Source: Candidatus Omnitrophota bacterium
GTDB taxonomy: Bacteria; Omnitrophota; Gorgyraeia; Duberdicusellales; 4484-171
Direction: 5' to 3'
NCBI GenBank assembly: GCA_016935525.1
Contig: JAFGQU010000012.1
Span: 1,248-65,247 of the forward strand
Length of the DNA: 64,000 bases
Positions 18,249 to 27,708 of this stretch are shown here, in pieces. The notes under the pieces were generated by a model. That model ran no database searches. It saw only the letters and a program-made list of their open reading frames with translations, and was not told the origin of the DNA. Every line of letters begins with the position of its first letter. Positions within the stretch are counted from its first letter, which is position 1. The position numbers and the translations under genes were made by a program.

Positions 18249-19725
18249 TATTTTATATACTGCTTTATCGGTGGTCTTATTCTGCCTTGTGTCCTGGCAA
18301 AGGATACCGGCTTTTGCGCACACGGCTGAAGCTTCGTCGGTTTTTGAGATCGACAGCCAAAAGGTGGCGGACCTGGCTCTTTCTAACTCACTCGATATCC
18401 AGATCGCCCGGTTCGATACTTATATTAAACGGACCGAATTGAACAAGGTCCGGTCTCTTTTCGATACGTTTCTTAACGCCGGGATCGAATATGCCAGTGA
18501 TGAAAAAGCGGTGGCCAGTACATTTTTGGGTACCAAAACAAGCAGTAATGTCTATTCATTGGGGATCGAGAAAAAATTACCCAGCGGGACCGCGATCAGC
18601 GTCGAAGCAAAAGATGAACGCACTCATACCGATTCTTCGTTTGCCACGATCAATCCCGCTCATGAGGCGACTGTAGAACTTACGCTTACTCAGGAGTTAG
18701 GGAAGAACTTTTTCGGTATAGCGGACCGATCAGAAGTGAAACTGACTAAACTCGATATCGAGAATGCCGAATACACGACACTTTCCGATATCGAAGATGC
18801 GCTGTATGAGACTTTGAAAAGCTACTGGAACCTGGTATTGAAAGAAGAGGCGCTTCGGATACGCCGCCAAATGCGTACTCAGGCCGACCGGCTTTATAAG
18901 ATCTATCAGGATAAATTCGATATGGGTATGGTCGAGGATGTCGATATGGCCGAGATCCGCGCGCATCTTAAGATCCTTGATACCGGGGTGCTCAACGCCG
19001 AACTTGAGAAAGAAACGGCTAAGAACGATTTGTTGTTTCTCCTTAACCTGGACGATCCCGCGGTCGTCCTTGTCCCCCGCGATACTTTAGAAACCGAGCC
19101 GCATACCGTAGACCTTTATGAAAAAGTGACCGGAGCGATCGCTTTCCGGCGTGATTACCGGAAAATAGAAAACGAACTCAAAAAACATAATATCGAACTC
19201 GCGGTCAAAAAGAACGCGTTATGGCCCGAGATCGATCTTGAGGCTTCTTATACGAAAAACGGCCTTGATTCAAAATATCGCGAAGCCTGGTCGGAAAGCA
19301 CCAATAAAGACCATGACGAGATATTTTTAGGATTGACTATCCGTCTTTCTCTGGAAAACAATCAGGCTCGTTCGGAGCTGGATGCGGCCCGGCTTCAAAA
19401 AGAGCAGTTATTATTGTCGCTTAAACGTATCGAACGGACCGTCTTGCGTGATATCAATAATCAGGTGATGACCGTGAACACGTTGAAAAACAAGGTGGAT
19501 TTAACGGGAGAGCTTGTGGGGTTTCAGGCAACCAAGTTAGCCGAGGAGCATAAACGGTTAGGCTGGGGCCGGTCGAATGCCGATGTCATGGTACGGTATG
19601 AAGACGATCTGCTTGGCGCTCAACTTGATTATGCTATGGCGTTATACCAGTACCGGATAGGTATTCTTGAGCTCGCCCGGAGGCAGAATATACTTTTAAA
19701 TGAGTATTGGACAGGAGAGCTGTAG
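18223..19725 (+). CDS. TolC family outer membrane efflux protein
   Basis: Signal peptide, two repeats of the TolC alpha/beta architecture, length ~500 aa. Confidence 0.75.
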   Translation: MFRFMKKNNILYTALSVVLFCLVSWQRIPAFAHTAEASSVFEIDSQKVADLALSNSLDIQIARFDTYIKRTELNKVRSLFDTFLNAGIEYASDEKAVASTFLGTKTSSNVYSLGIEKKLPSGTAISVEAKDERTHTDSSFATINPAHEATVELTLTQELGKNFFGIADRSEVKLTKLDIENAEYTTLSDIEDALYETLKSYWNLVLKEEALRIRRQMRTQADRLYKIYQDKFDMGMVEDVDMAEIRAHLKILDTGVLNAELEKETAKNDLLFLLNLDDPAVVLVPRDTLETEPHTVDLYEKVTGAIAFRRDYRKIENELKKHNIELAVKKNALWPEIDLEASYTKNGLDSKYREAWSESTNKDHDEIFLGLTIRLSLENNQARSELDAARLQKEQLLLSLKRIERTVLRDINNQVMTVNTLKNKVDLTGELVGFQATKLAEEHKRLGWGRSNADVMVRYEDDLLGAQLDYAMALYQYRIGILELARRQNILLNEYWTGEL

Positions 19726-19730
19726 AAAGT

Positions 19731-19814
19731 TGATGGTCTATAGTCCATAGTCGATAGTTACGGATATTGGGTGCAGGGTATCGGGTGCCGAACGACGAAC
19801 GACTAACGACGATG
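19731..19814. repeat. Composite intergenic repeat: CTAGTC-type words + GGGTGCAGGGTATCGGGTGCCG + AACGACG words
   Basis: ggtctatagtccatagtcgatagtta / gggtgcagggtatcgggtgccg / aacgacgaacgactaacgacg read directly; modules recur elsewhere. Confidence 0.7.
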
Positions 19815-19830
19815 TAAAAAAGGAAATACA

Positions 19831-22800
19831 ATGAGTCTGCCGCGGTTCAGCGTAAATCAGTCTCTATTTGTGAATCTAGTCTCGGTGATCTTACTTATCA
19901 TCGGGATGATTACGGTATTCGGTACTAACCGGGAGATATTTCCTAATGTCGATTTCGATATTGTCAGTATTACTACCGCTTATCCCGGGGCGACGCCGGT
20001 GGATGTCGAGAAGCTGATCACGGTGCCGATTGAGAAAGAACTGAAAGAGGTCGACGGGATCGATGAGATATCGTCGTCATCGGCTTCCGGGGTATCGTTT
20101 CTTATCGTGAAAATAGACCCGGACGAAAGTAATAAACAGAAAGTGATCCGTGACATCCAGAGTGCCGTCGACCGGGTCAAGGACCTTCCCAAAGATATAG
20201 CCGCCGATCCGATCGTGACCGAAATAACCAATAAACAGTATCCGGTGATCGAGGTGTCGTTGTCCGGTAAGATGGATGAAAAGAAGATGCATTATTATGC
20301 CGACGCGCTTGAAGATCTGATTGAAGACCTGCCATCGGTCGCCCGGATCACTAAATCGGGATATCGTGACCGGGAAATACAGGTACGGGTCGATCCGGTA
20401 AAGATGCGCGATCAGTATCTATCGTTTGATGAGATAGAACAGGCCCTTTCTACCCGTAACGTCAGCCTTCCGGCCGGAGAACTTAATACCGAGGCTATTG
20501 AATATAGCGTGCGGACTACCGGAGAGTTCCAGACTGCCGATGAGGTTGCCGAAGTCATTGTCCGGGCAAACGATCTGGGGAACTGGATACGGATAAAGGA
20601 TGTGGCCGATGTGTTCGATTCGTTCAAGAAAGAAACAATCGTCTATAAGACTCTGGGGACCCGTTCGATAAACCTTGTCGTTTTGAAGAAAGAGAAAGGC
20701 GACGCCATCACGCTGGTCGACGACATAAAAGCTACCTGCAACCGGTTTTTAGAACATATAGACGATGATCTTCAGATATCCTATGTGAACGATTATTCGT
20801 TTTTTGCCCGGCGCCGGCTTAACGTGCTTAAAAATAACGGTTGGGCCAGTCTGGTCCTGGTCATCGCGTCGATGCTTTTGTTTTTACAGCCGCGGGTAGT
20901 GTTCATGACGGTATTGGGTATCCCGATTGCGTTTTTGACCACGTTCATCGCGATGGGGATGTTGGGCATTACGATCAACCTGGTCAGTATGTTCGGTTTG
21001 ATCATCGTACTCGGTATGCTCGTCGATGACGGGATCATTGTCGCCGAGAACGTGTACCGCCATCTGGAAGAAGGGATGCCGCCGCGGCGGGCCGCGGTGA
21101 TGGGTGCCGAAGAGGTGATGGGCGCGGTCACTGTCGCGATCATGACCACGATCGCCGCTTTTTCTCCACTTTTATTTATGACCGGAATATTGGGGAAATT
21201 TATCCGCAACATCCCTACCGTCATTATCATCGCGCTCGTCGCTTCGCTTGCCGAGGCGCTGATCATTCTGCCCAGCCATCTTGCCGATTTCATGAAAGCT
21301 CAGACCCATATCGTACGTGACCATGAGAATGACGAATCGCAAAGGCCGTGGCTCAGGGCGATTTTGCGGTTTTATACCCGTATCGTGACCGCGGCGGTCA
21401 ACCGTAAATATAAGGTGCTGGGCGGTTTTACCGTCGCGCTTATCGTAAGCGCCATATTGGCTAACGTCGCGTTAAAGTTTATTCTTTTTCCGGACGCGGG
21501 AATAGATTTCTTTTTTATACGGGCTGAGGCTCCTATCGGTACGCCGCTTGTCAAAACCAACGAATTGATCACGCCGATAGAAGAGATCGTTTCCGAATTA
21601 CCTGGCGATGAACTGGATACCTATGTCACCTCAGTCGGGAAGATGTCGGAAGACCGTAACGACCCGTATTCGCAAACGGCAAGTCATCTGGCCCAGATTA
21701 CGGTATATCTTTATCCCGAACATGACCGGGTACGGAAAGCCGATGAGATCATCGAAGAAGTCCGTAATAAGATCAAAGCCGCGGGTATCGGAGGGTTTAC
21801 CGATCTCCGGTTCGATAAAGCCGAGACCGGCCCGCCGGTAGGGAAAGCGGTCGAAGCCAAGATCCGCGGTGAAGACTTTAACGTGCTTGATAAGATCGCT
21901 TTTGAATTCATAGATTATTTGAAAAAACTGCCCGGTACTACCGATATTGCCTGGGATCATAAACCGGGAAAAGAAGAGATCTTGGTCAGTATCGACCATA
22001 AAAAAGCGACGTATGCCGGCGTGTCGGTAAGCCAGATCGCCAAGACCGTCCGCGCTGTCTTCGAAGGGAATATCGCGACCAAGATCAAACCGGTGAAAGC
22101 CGAAGAAGAAACCGACGTGACGGTGATGTTTCCCGAAAGTTCGGCTGACGATCTGGACGTATTTGAGAATATCCTGGTGCGTAACAATCAGGGGAACCTT
22201 GTCCCGTTGCATAAAATAGCCGAAATCAAACAGGTTCCCGGTACGACCGCGATCAGCCATTTAGACGGAAAAAGAGTCGTGACCGCTTCAGCCAATGTCG
22301 ACACCAATAAGACGACTTCGCTTGAGGTGAACCGGAAATTGCAGGAAAAATTCAAAGATATCTCACAACGTTATTTGGGATATTCGGTCGAATATCAGGG
22401 AGAACAGAAAGATACCGTTGAATCGTTACAGAGTCTGCTGAAAGCTTTCTTTTACGCGTTTCTGGTCGTCTATCTTATCCTGGCATCGTTTTTCCGTTCA
22501 TTGGTTCAGCCGTTCGTGGTGATGCTGGCGATTCCGTTCGGACTTATCGGGGTGGTGTTCGCGTTTATTGTCCACGGAATGCCGCTTTCGTTCATGGCGA
22601 TATTGGGGATCGTGGGATTAAACGGGATCGTGGTGAACGATTCTATCGTACTGGTGGATAAAATCAATAACTTGCGCCGGGAAGGCCTGCCGCGGCGCGA
22701 TTCGATCATCAAAGCCGGGCAGATGCGTATCCGGCCGGTACTTTTGACTACGATCACGACTGTCGGAGGGTTATCGACGGTCGCTTACGGGATCGGGGGG

Positions 22801-22995
22801 AAAGACCCGTTTCTGGTGCCGATGGCTCTTTCGATCTGTTGGGGTATCGCTTTTGCGACTGTATTGACGTTGATCGTGATCCCCTGTATTTATTCTATTA
22901 TAGACGATATTACCGTAAAACTTACCCGCCATTCCAGCCTGATCACTACCGATAAAGTGAATAATCACAACGGTAATCCCTGGCTGAAACCTTAA
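19831..22995 (+). CDS. Efflux RND transporter permease (AcrB/CzcA superfamily)
   Basis: 1054 aa, 12-TM RND topology with two large periplasmic loops; no adaptor (MFP) gene between tolC and this gene. Confidence 0.85.
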   Translation: MSLPRFSVNQSLFVNLVSVILLIIGMITVFGTNREIFPNVDFDIVSITTAYPGATPVDVEKLITVPIEKELKEVDGIDEISSSSASGVSFLIVKIDPDESNKQKVIRDIQSAVDRVKDLPKDIAADPIVTEITNKQYPVIEVSLSGKMDEKKMHYYADALEDLIEDLPSVARITKSGYRDREIQVRVDPVKMRDQYLSFDEIEQALSTRNVSLPAGELNTEAIEYSVRTTGEFQTADEVAEVIVRANDLGNWIRIKDVADVFDSFKKETIVYKTLGTRSINLVVLKKEKGDAITLVDDIKATCNRFLEHIDDDLQISYVNDYSFFARRRLNVLKNNGWASLVLVIASMLLFLQPRVVFMTVLGIPIAFLTTFIAMGMLGITINLVSMFGLIIVLGMLVDDGIIVAENVYRHLEEGMPPRRAAVMGAEEVMGAVTVAIMTTIAAFSPLLFMTGILGKFIRNIPTVIIIALVASLAEALIILPSHLADFMKAQTHIVRDHENDESQRPWLRAILRFYTRIVTAAVNRKYKVLGGFTVALIVSAILANVALKFILFPDAGIDFFFIRAEAPIGTPLVKTNELITPIEEIVSELPGDELDTYVTSVGKMSEDRNDPYSQTASHLAQITVYLYPEHDRVRKADEIIEEVRNKIKAAGIGGFTDLRFDKAETGPPVGKAVEAKIRGEDFNVLDKIAFEFIDYLKKLPGTTDIAWDHKPGKEEILVSIDHKKATYAGVSVSQIAKTVRAVFEGNIATKIKPVKAEEETDVTVMFPESSADDLDVFENILVRNNQGNLVPLHKIAEIKQVPGTTAISHLDGKRVVTASANVDTNKTTSLEVNRKLQEKFKDISQRYLGYSVEYQGEQKDTVESLQSLLKAFFYAFLVVYLILASFFRSLVQPFVVMLAIPFGLIGVVFAFIVHGMPLSFMAILGIVGLNGIVVNDSIVLVDKINNLRREGLPRRDSIIKAGQMRIRPVLLTTITTVGGLSTVAYGIGGKDPFLVPMALSICWGIAFATVLTLIVIPCIYSIIDDITVKLTRHSSLITTDKVNNHNGNPWLKP

Positions 22996-23040
22996 TCGGG
23001 ATACCCAAAATATTTCCATCTCAATCTCTATTCTATCGGG

Positions 23041-23150
23041 AGCCGAGTACAGGGTTACAGGGCAGGGATAGGGTGCCGGGTTTCGGGTATCGGGTGGAGG
23101 GTGAAAACTATAGACCGTAGACCGACGACTAGCGACTATTTTTATCCGCT
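23041..23150. repeat. Composite intergenic repeat (GGGTGCCGGGTTTCGGGTATCGGGTGG words followed by CTATAGACCGTAGACCGACGACTAGCGAC words)
   Basis: Direct reading; shares words with 19769-19790 and, inverted, with 33017-33060. Confidence 0.7.
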
Positions 23151-23266
23151 GGCCGCTATTTAACTGTTGCACCATTATGTAAAGGTGATACAATTATCCT
23201 CTGATATTTTAAGGGCGGAAGGGGATACGCCTGCATATTTACAGGGTTTATCACTAAACTTGCGAG

Positions 23267-23668
23267 GTGCTTCTTATGAAAAAACAAATTTATCTGATTC
23301 TCATCGGGATATTTTTACTGTCGGGTTGTTCACTGATAAAGAATAAAGGGCCCTTACTTACCCTGAAAAGTATCGGGGATAGCCAGCGTCAGATAGGTAA
23401 ATATATCGAAAAACAGAAAGGCCTGTTTACATTACTTGTTGACGATATAAAAAACGATGAATTACCCAAAAACCTTACCGAAGCACAGATAACATCCCGT
23501 TACGGGGCCCCGGTCGTCGTTACCGAGCTCGACCGTACCAAGAGGCGCCTTCTTTACCGTTATCCTAAAAAATATTATACTTCCGACCGGGTTTATTTTT
23601 ATATTGACGATGGGATTATGACCCGTTGGGAATATATCCCTTACAAAAACGAGCTGGTATCAAATTAA
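23267..23668 (+). CDS. Hypothetical lipoprotein
   Basis: Signal peptide with lipobox LLSGC. Confidence 0.5.
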   Translation: MLLMKKQIYLILIGIFLLSGCSLIKNKGPLLTLKSIGDSQRQIGKYIEKQKGLFTLLVDDIKNDELPKNLTEAQITSRYGAPVVVTELDRTKRRLLYRYPKKYYTSDRVYFYIDDGIMTRWEYIPYKNELVSN

Positions 23669-23713
23669 CCCGATTTCCCCGATACGGTATATTGACAGAA
23701 CCTTTCTCTTTGC

Positions 23714-24445
23714 ATGCACTATACAAAAAGGATAGAGGATAAACCGATAAAGAAGTATATTTTCAAAACTTTGACCGGAATCATGGTCTTGTGTATCGGT
23801 AGTACGTCTTTGAACGCGGCGCCGTCTTATGGTACAGGGATGCTCGATAAGCGACAGGCCGTAATCGGTACCGAAACCTACACCCTTTTTGACCGTGACC
23901 TGGAAGATTCTCAGGGGTGCATCCGGTCGTTACAGCATTTTTTTCTTCTTTCTTACGGGGTATTCGATTGGTTGACTATAGATCTAAAAGGCGGCGCCGG
24001 GTATATCAAACAGAACCCTGCGAATGCTGCGGAACTCGATTATCCCACTTCTTTCGCCGGCGGATACGGATTCAGGATAAAGCTATATGAAAACGAAAAC
24101 CATTCCTTACGCGCGGTATTCGGGTTCCATCATATCAGCGTACATCCCCGGTCGATTCGGGTCAACGGGACCAAAAGGCGGGCGATACTGGATGACTGGC
24201 AGACCGAGTTGCTTTTTTCAAAAGATATGTTCGGGACGACTCCTTATCTGGGCACAAAATGGTCACGAGTCGATTATATCCATTGGGAAAACGGTACCCG
24301 TAAACGCCGGATGTCCGATCTGACCAGAAGCATAGGCCTTATTGCCGGAATCGATATCCCGCTGACCCAAGAGGTTTCACTTAACCTTGAAGGCCATTTT
24401 ATGGATGAAAAAGCATTTTCAGCGGCATTTCTATATTCGTTCTGA
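23714..24445 (+). CDS. Hypothetical outer-membrane beta-barrel protein (probable start at internal Met ~23783)
   Basis: Signal peptide MVLCIGSTSLNA, alternating amphipathic strands, C-terminal ...FLYSF. Confidence 0.45.
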   Translation: MHYTKRIEDKPIKKYIFKTLTGIMVLCIGSTSLNAAPSYGTGMLDKRQAVIGTETYTLFDRDLEDSQGCIRSLQHFFLLSYGVFDWLTIDLKGGAGYIKQNPANAAELDYPTSFAGGYGFRIKLYENENHSLRAVFGFHHISVHPRSIRVNGTKRRAILDDWQTELLFSKDMFGTTPYLGTKWSRVDYIHWENGTRKRRMSDLTRSIGLIAGIDIPLTQEVSLNLEGHFMDEKAFSAAFLYSF

Positions 24446-24640
24446 CCAGTTTAATGTCACACGACACACCCGTGAGTCTCACGACAACGGGGCAAGCGCG
24501 TCATCCCGTGGAATTCGGAGAATTCCCGGGACTGAATCCCCGAAATTTATCAGTGATAAATTTCAGGGGGCATAGTCACACGTGAATAAAAACTCAAAAT
24601 CAAAAACGAACGACTCACGACGTACGACGAGCGACGGGAA
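24440..24640. repeat. Composite intergenic repeat: GTCACACG-family module plus ACGAC word array
   Basis: gtcacacgacacacccgtgagtctcacgacaacggggcaagcgcg ... catagtcacacgtg ... gaacgactcacgacgtacgacgagcgacgg. Confidence 0.65.
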
Positions 24641-24642
24641 GT

Positions 24643-26088
24643 ATGATTATAAAAAATAACAAAGAAGACTTTCTAAGTTACCTCGAAGATACCTCAAATA
24701 TCGAGGGCCATGCCGAATCGCTGTATATTCCTCACACGCAGGATGAACTTGTCACGCTGGTCGCCAGGTGTAACCAGGAAAAAATACCGCTTACCATTTC
24801 CGCGGGCCGTACCGGGACAACCGGAGGATGTGTCCCCCAAGAAGGGGTGCTGGTGAGTCTTGAAGAGTTTAACCGGATACTGTCTATCGATAAAGAACAT
24901 AAACGGGTATCGGTCCAGGCCGGTGTAGTGCTTGAAGACCTGGAACGGGAATTAAACCGTCACCGGCTTGCCTTAAGGGCGCAACCGACCGAATCGCTTG
25001 CGTGTGTGGGAGGCGCGGTATCCACAGCCGCCTCGGGAGTGCGAGGGTACCGTTGGGGAGGTATACGCAAGTACGTTGAACGGATCAAGATCTTATTCGT
25101 CGACGGCACGGTCTTTGATATCTGTCGCGGCGAGATTTTTGCTCATCAGGGAAAAATAACGGTCCCTTTAGGCGGCCGGACAAAAGAAATACGATTGCCT
25201 TCTTACCGTATGCCGCACACTAAAACTCAGGCCGGATATTTTGTCGCTCCCGACATGGACCTGATCGATCTTTTTATCGGGAGCGAAGGTACGTTGGGGA
25301 TTATTTTAGAAATAGAATTCAGCGTCCAGGAGTTAGCTGAAGAGATATTTGATTGTATCGTGTTTTTTAAAGAAGAGAAAGACGCGTTCCGGTTTGTGGA
25401 AACAATTAAAGAAAAAAAATCTAAAAAGGCTCTTAACCCGACCAGCCTTGAATTCCTCGATGCCCGGTCTTTGAGATTTTTAGGTGAAGAATACCCGCAG
25501 GCCGCCTCTTACGCTGCGGCGGTATATATCGAGCAGGAAGAATCCTCCCCGGTATCTTCGATAGCCGCCTGGATTGAGCTTATCGAATCATCCGGCGCGC
25601 TGCCGAATGAGACCTGGTTCGGCGACAGCATCCTTACCCGGAAAAAGATATTTGAGTTTCGGCATAAACTGCCGCAACGTATCAACGAATTTCTCAAAAC
25701 CCATCGTCAACGTAAGCTCTCGACCGACGTCGCGGTGCCGGAAGAAAGGTTTCTTGAGATGTACGGATTCTATGCAAAAGAAGGCGCTTCCAGCGGTATT
25801 GAATTCGTCAATTTCGGGCATATCGGCGAAAATCATCTCCATTTCAACTTTTTACCGCGTAACGATGACGAATATAGGAAAGCCAAAGAATATACTTCCA
25901 AGTTTATTAAAAAAGCCATAGAATTAGGCGGTACGGTTTCGGCGGAACACGGTATCGGGAAACTGAAAAAAGAGTCTCTCCTTTTGATGTACGGGGAAGA
26001 AGCGGTCGGCCAGATGCGGGTGTTAAAGGGGCAGTTCGATCCCAACTGGATATTGAACCGGGGCAACATCTTTGATTGCAAGGAATAG
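24643..26088 (+). CDS. FAD-binding oxidoreductase, FAD-linked oxidase (GlcD/D-lactate dehydrogenase-like) family
   Basis: PCMH-type FAD-binding domain (ISAGRTGTTGG, GSEGTLGIILEIEF) plus C-terminal oxidase domain. Confidence 0.75.
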   Translation: MIIKNNKEDFLSYLEDTSNIEGHAESLYIPHTQDELVTLVARCNQEKIPLTISAGRTGTTGGCVPQEGVLVSLEEFNRILSIDKEHKRVSVQAGVVLEDLERELNRHRLALRAQPTESLACVGGAVSTAASGVRGYRWGGIRKYVERIKILFVDGTVFDICRGEIFAHQGKITVPLGGRTKEIRLPSYRMPHTKTQAGYFVAPDMDLIDLFIGSEGTLGIILEIEFSVQELAEEIFDCIVFFKEEKDAFRFVETIKEKKSKKALNPTSLEFLDARSLRFLGEEYPQAASYAAAVYIEQEESSPVSSIAAWIELIESSGALPNETWFGDSILTRKKIFEFRHKLPQRINEFLKTHRQRKLSTDVAVPEERFLEMYGFYAKEGASSGIEFVNFGHIGENHLHFNFLPRNDDEYRKAKEYTSKFIKKAIELGGTVSAEHGIGKLKKESLLLMYGEEAVGQMRVLKGQFDPNWILNRGNIFDCKE

Positions 26089-26165
26089 TTTCTGGTCTCT
26101 AGTTTCTAGTCTCTGGTGTCTGGCCTTTTTACTGGTGACTAAAGACCAGCGACTAGCGACTAAAT
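26089..26165. repeat. CTAGTC/CTGGTC word-repeat hairpin
   Basis: tttctggtctctagtttctagtctctggtgtctgg ... aaagaccagcgactagcgactaaat. Confidence 0.7.
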
Positions 26166-26240
26166 AGGGGCTTGGAAATTTCTGCGGATATGATAATATA
26201 TACTTTAAAAGGCAAGCCATAAAAAAGAGGAGGTGTTGCT

Positions 26241-26567
26241 ATGGCTAAAAGTTCAATAGGATTAGAGGAAAATGTAGCATCATTGTTGTGTTACCTTTTA
26301 GGATGGATTTCCGGTTTAATATTTCTGTTATTAGAACGGGACAACAAAACTGTCAAATTTCATGCTATCCAATCGTTGGTAACGTTTCTCGGGTTACATG
26401 TCATTTCGATCATCCTGGCGTTTATCCCGTTTCTGGGATGGGCGGTAGCTTCGTTGATCTCGATCTTGGCGATCGTACTATGGATCTTTATGATGGTAAA
26501 AGCTTATCAGGGAGAAAAGATCAAGTTGCCGATTGCCGGCGAGATAGCCGAGAAACATTCCGCTTAA
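26241..26567 (+). CDS. DUF4870-type small membrane protein
   Basis: LLCYLLGWISGLIFLLLERDNKTVKFHAIQSL matches the DUF4870 signature; 3 TM helices. Confidence 0.6.
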   Translation: MAKSSIGLEENVASLLCYLLGWISGLIFLLLERDNKTVKFHAIQSLVTFLGLHVISIILAFIPFLGWAVASLISILAIVLWIFMMVKAYQGEKIKLPIAGEIAEKHSA

Positions 26568-26579
26568 TATATCGTATAG

Positions 26580-26975
26580 ATGAAACGGCATTTAACGGTT
26601 GTTGCCGCCTGTATCACCGACGGTGAGCAGGTGCTTATTTGTCAACGCAAGGAAGATGATGCGTTCGGATTGCTCTGGGAATTTCCCGGCGGGAAAGTAG
26701 AGGACGGAGAAGATTTAGCAAGCGCGATCATCCGGGAGATCGAAGAAGAGCTGGGAGTCACGGTAAGCGTGGGCAGAGAACTCGGTATCTTTGAGGATGA
26801 AAACGAGACTCTCAAGATCACCGTACACCTTCTGGAAAACAAGATCATCCTCGGTACACCCCAGACCCGTGACTGTAACGCTATCCGGTGGGTCGGGATA
26901 GGCAAGCTTGATTCGTTTGACCTCGCGCCGGTAGACAGAAAGATAACGAGATTTTTACAGGGGAACACAAGATGA
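26580..26975 (+). CDS. mutT: NUDIX hydrolase (MutT-like 8-oxo-dGTP diphosphatase)
   Basis: Nudix box GGKVEDGEDLASAIIREIEEELGV. Confidence 0.8.
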   Translation: MKRHLTVVAACITDGEQVLICQRKEDDAFGLLWEFPGGKVEDGEDLASAIIREIEEELGVTVSVGRELGIFEDENETLKITVHLLENKIILGTPQTRDCNAIRWVGIGKLDSFDLAPVDRKITRFLQGNTR

Positions 26976-27541
26976 ACGAAAGTACACGGTTAAAGAAGGC
27001 TGCAGTGATGAAAGCGGAGCTTCTGGCGTTACTCAAGAAAGACGCCTATTTTAAAAAGGAAATAACGTTATCTTCCGGAAAGAAGAGTAACTTTTATATC
27101 GATGTGCGCCGGGTGAGCCTTTCCAGTTACGGGCTATACCTGCTTTCCCATTGTCTCTGGGATATGATCAAAGATGAAGATATTGCCGCGATCGGCGGCC
27201 CGACATTAGGGGCGGACCCGATTGTCGGCGGCCTTTGTATGGTCGCCGCCGATGAACAACGCGCTCTTGGCGGGTTCCTTATCCGTAAAACCCCAAAAAA
27301 ACACGGCCAACAACAGCTTATTGAAGGAAAAGAACTCCCCGCCGGTACCCGGGTGGTCCTGCTCGATGATGTCGCGACCAGCGGCGGATCGTTTATCAAC
27401 GCGTTGGCAGTGATGAAAGAGAATAACATCGATGTTGTGAGATGCCTCTGTGTAGTCGACCGGCAGGAAGGGGCGTGTGAGGAGATAGAGAAAGCCGGTT
27501 CTTCACTGACGGCGTTGTTTGTAAAAAAAGACTTTCTTTAA
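26972..27541 (+). CDS. pyrE: Orotate phosphoribosyltransferase
   Basis: PRPP-binding motif VVLLDDVATSGGS; length and N-terminal hood region typical of PyrE. Confidence 0.8.
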   Translation: MNESTRLKKAAVMKAELLALLKKDAYFKKEITLSSGKKSNFYIDVRRVSLSSYGLYLLSHCLWDMIKDEDIAAIGGPTLGADPIVGGLCMVAADEQRALGGFLIRKTPKKHGQQQLIEGKELPAGTRVVLLDDVATSGGSFINALAVMKENNIDVVRCLCVVDRQEGACEEIEKAGSSLTALFVKKDFL

Positions 27542-27705
27542 TGTGCTGCACGGGAAATACGCTCAACTTCGTTTTCGCGAAATATACTTCGCTTCGCTTC
27601 GTGAAATAAATTGAAATACATGGAAAAAATGAGGTATTTCGTGAACGGAGTGAACATATTTCACGAGCGTCAGCGAATATATGTCGTCCCGTCAGGGACA
27701 TATTT
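27541..27705. repeat. GAAATAC/GTATTTC word-repeat module (family F)
   Basis: gaaatacgctcaacttcg...gaaataaattgaaatacatgg...gtatttcgtg...catatttcacgag...gggacatatttcatatg; a second copy lies at 54880-55010. Confidence 0.65.
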
Positions 27706-27708
27706 CAT

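Noticed and set aside
20793-22260. Antisense ORFs inside the RND transporter gene (20793-21293 -, 21631-22260 -, 21957-22187 -)
   Set aside because: They are embedded opposite a strongly supported 1054-aa RND coding sequence. Their translations are low-complexity mirror products typical of GC-rich antisense frames.
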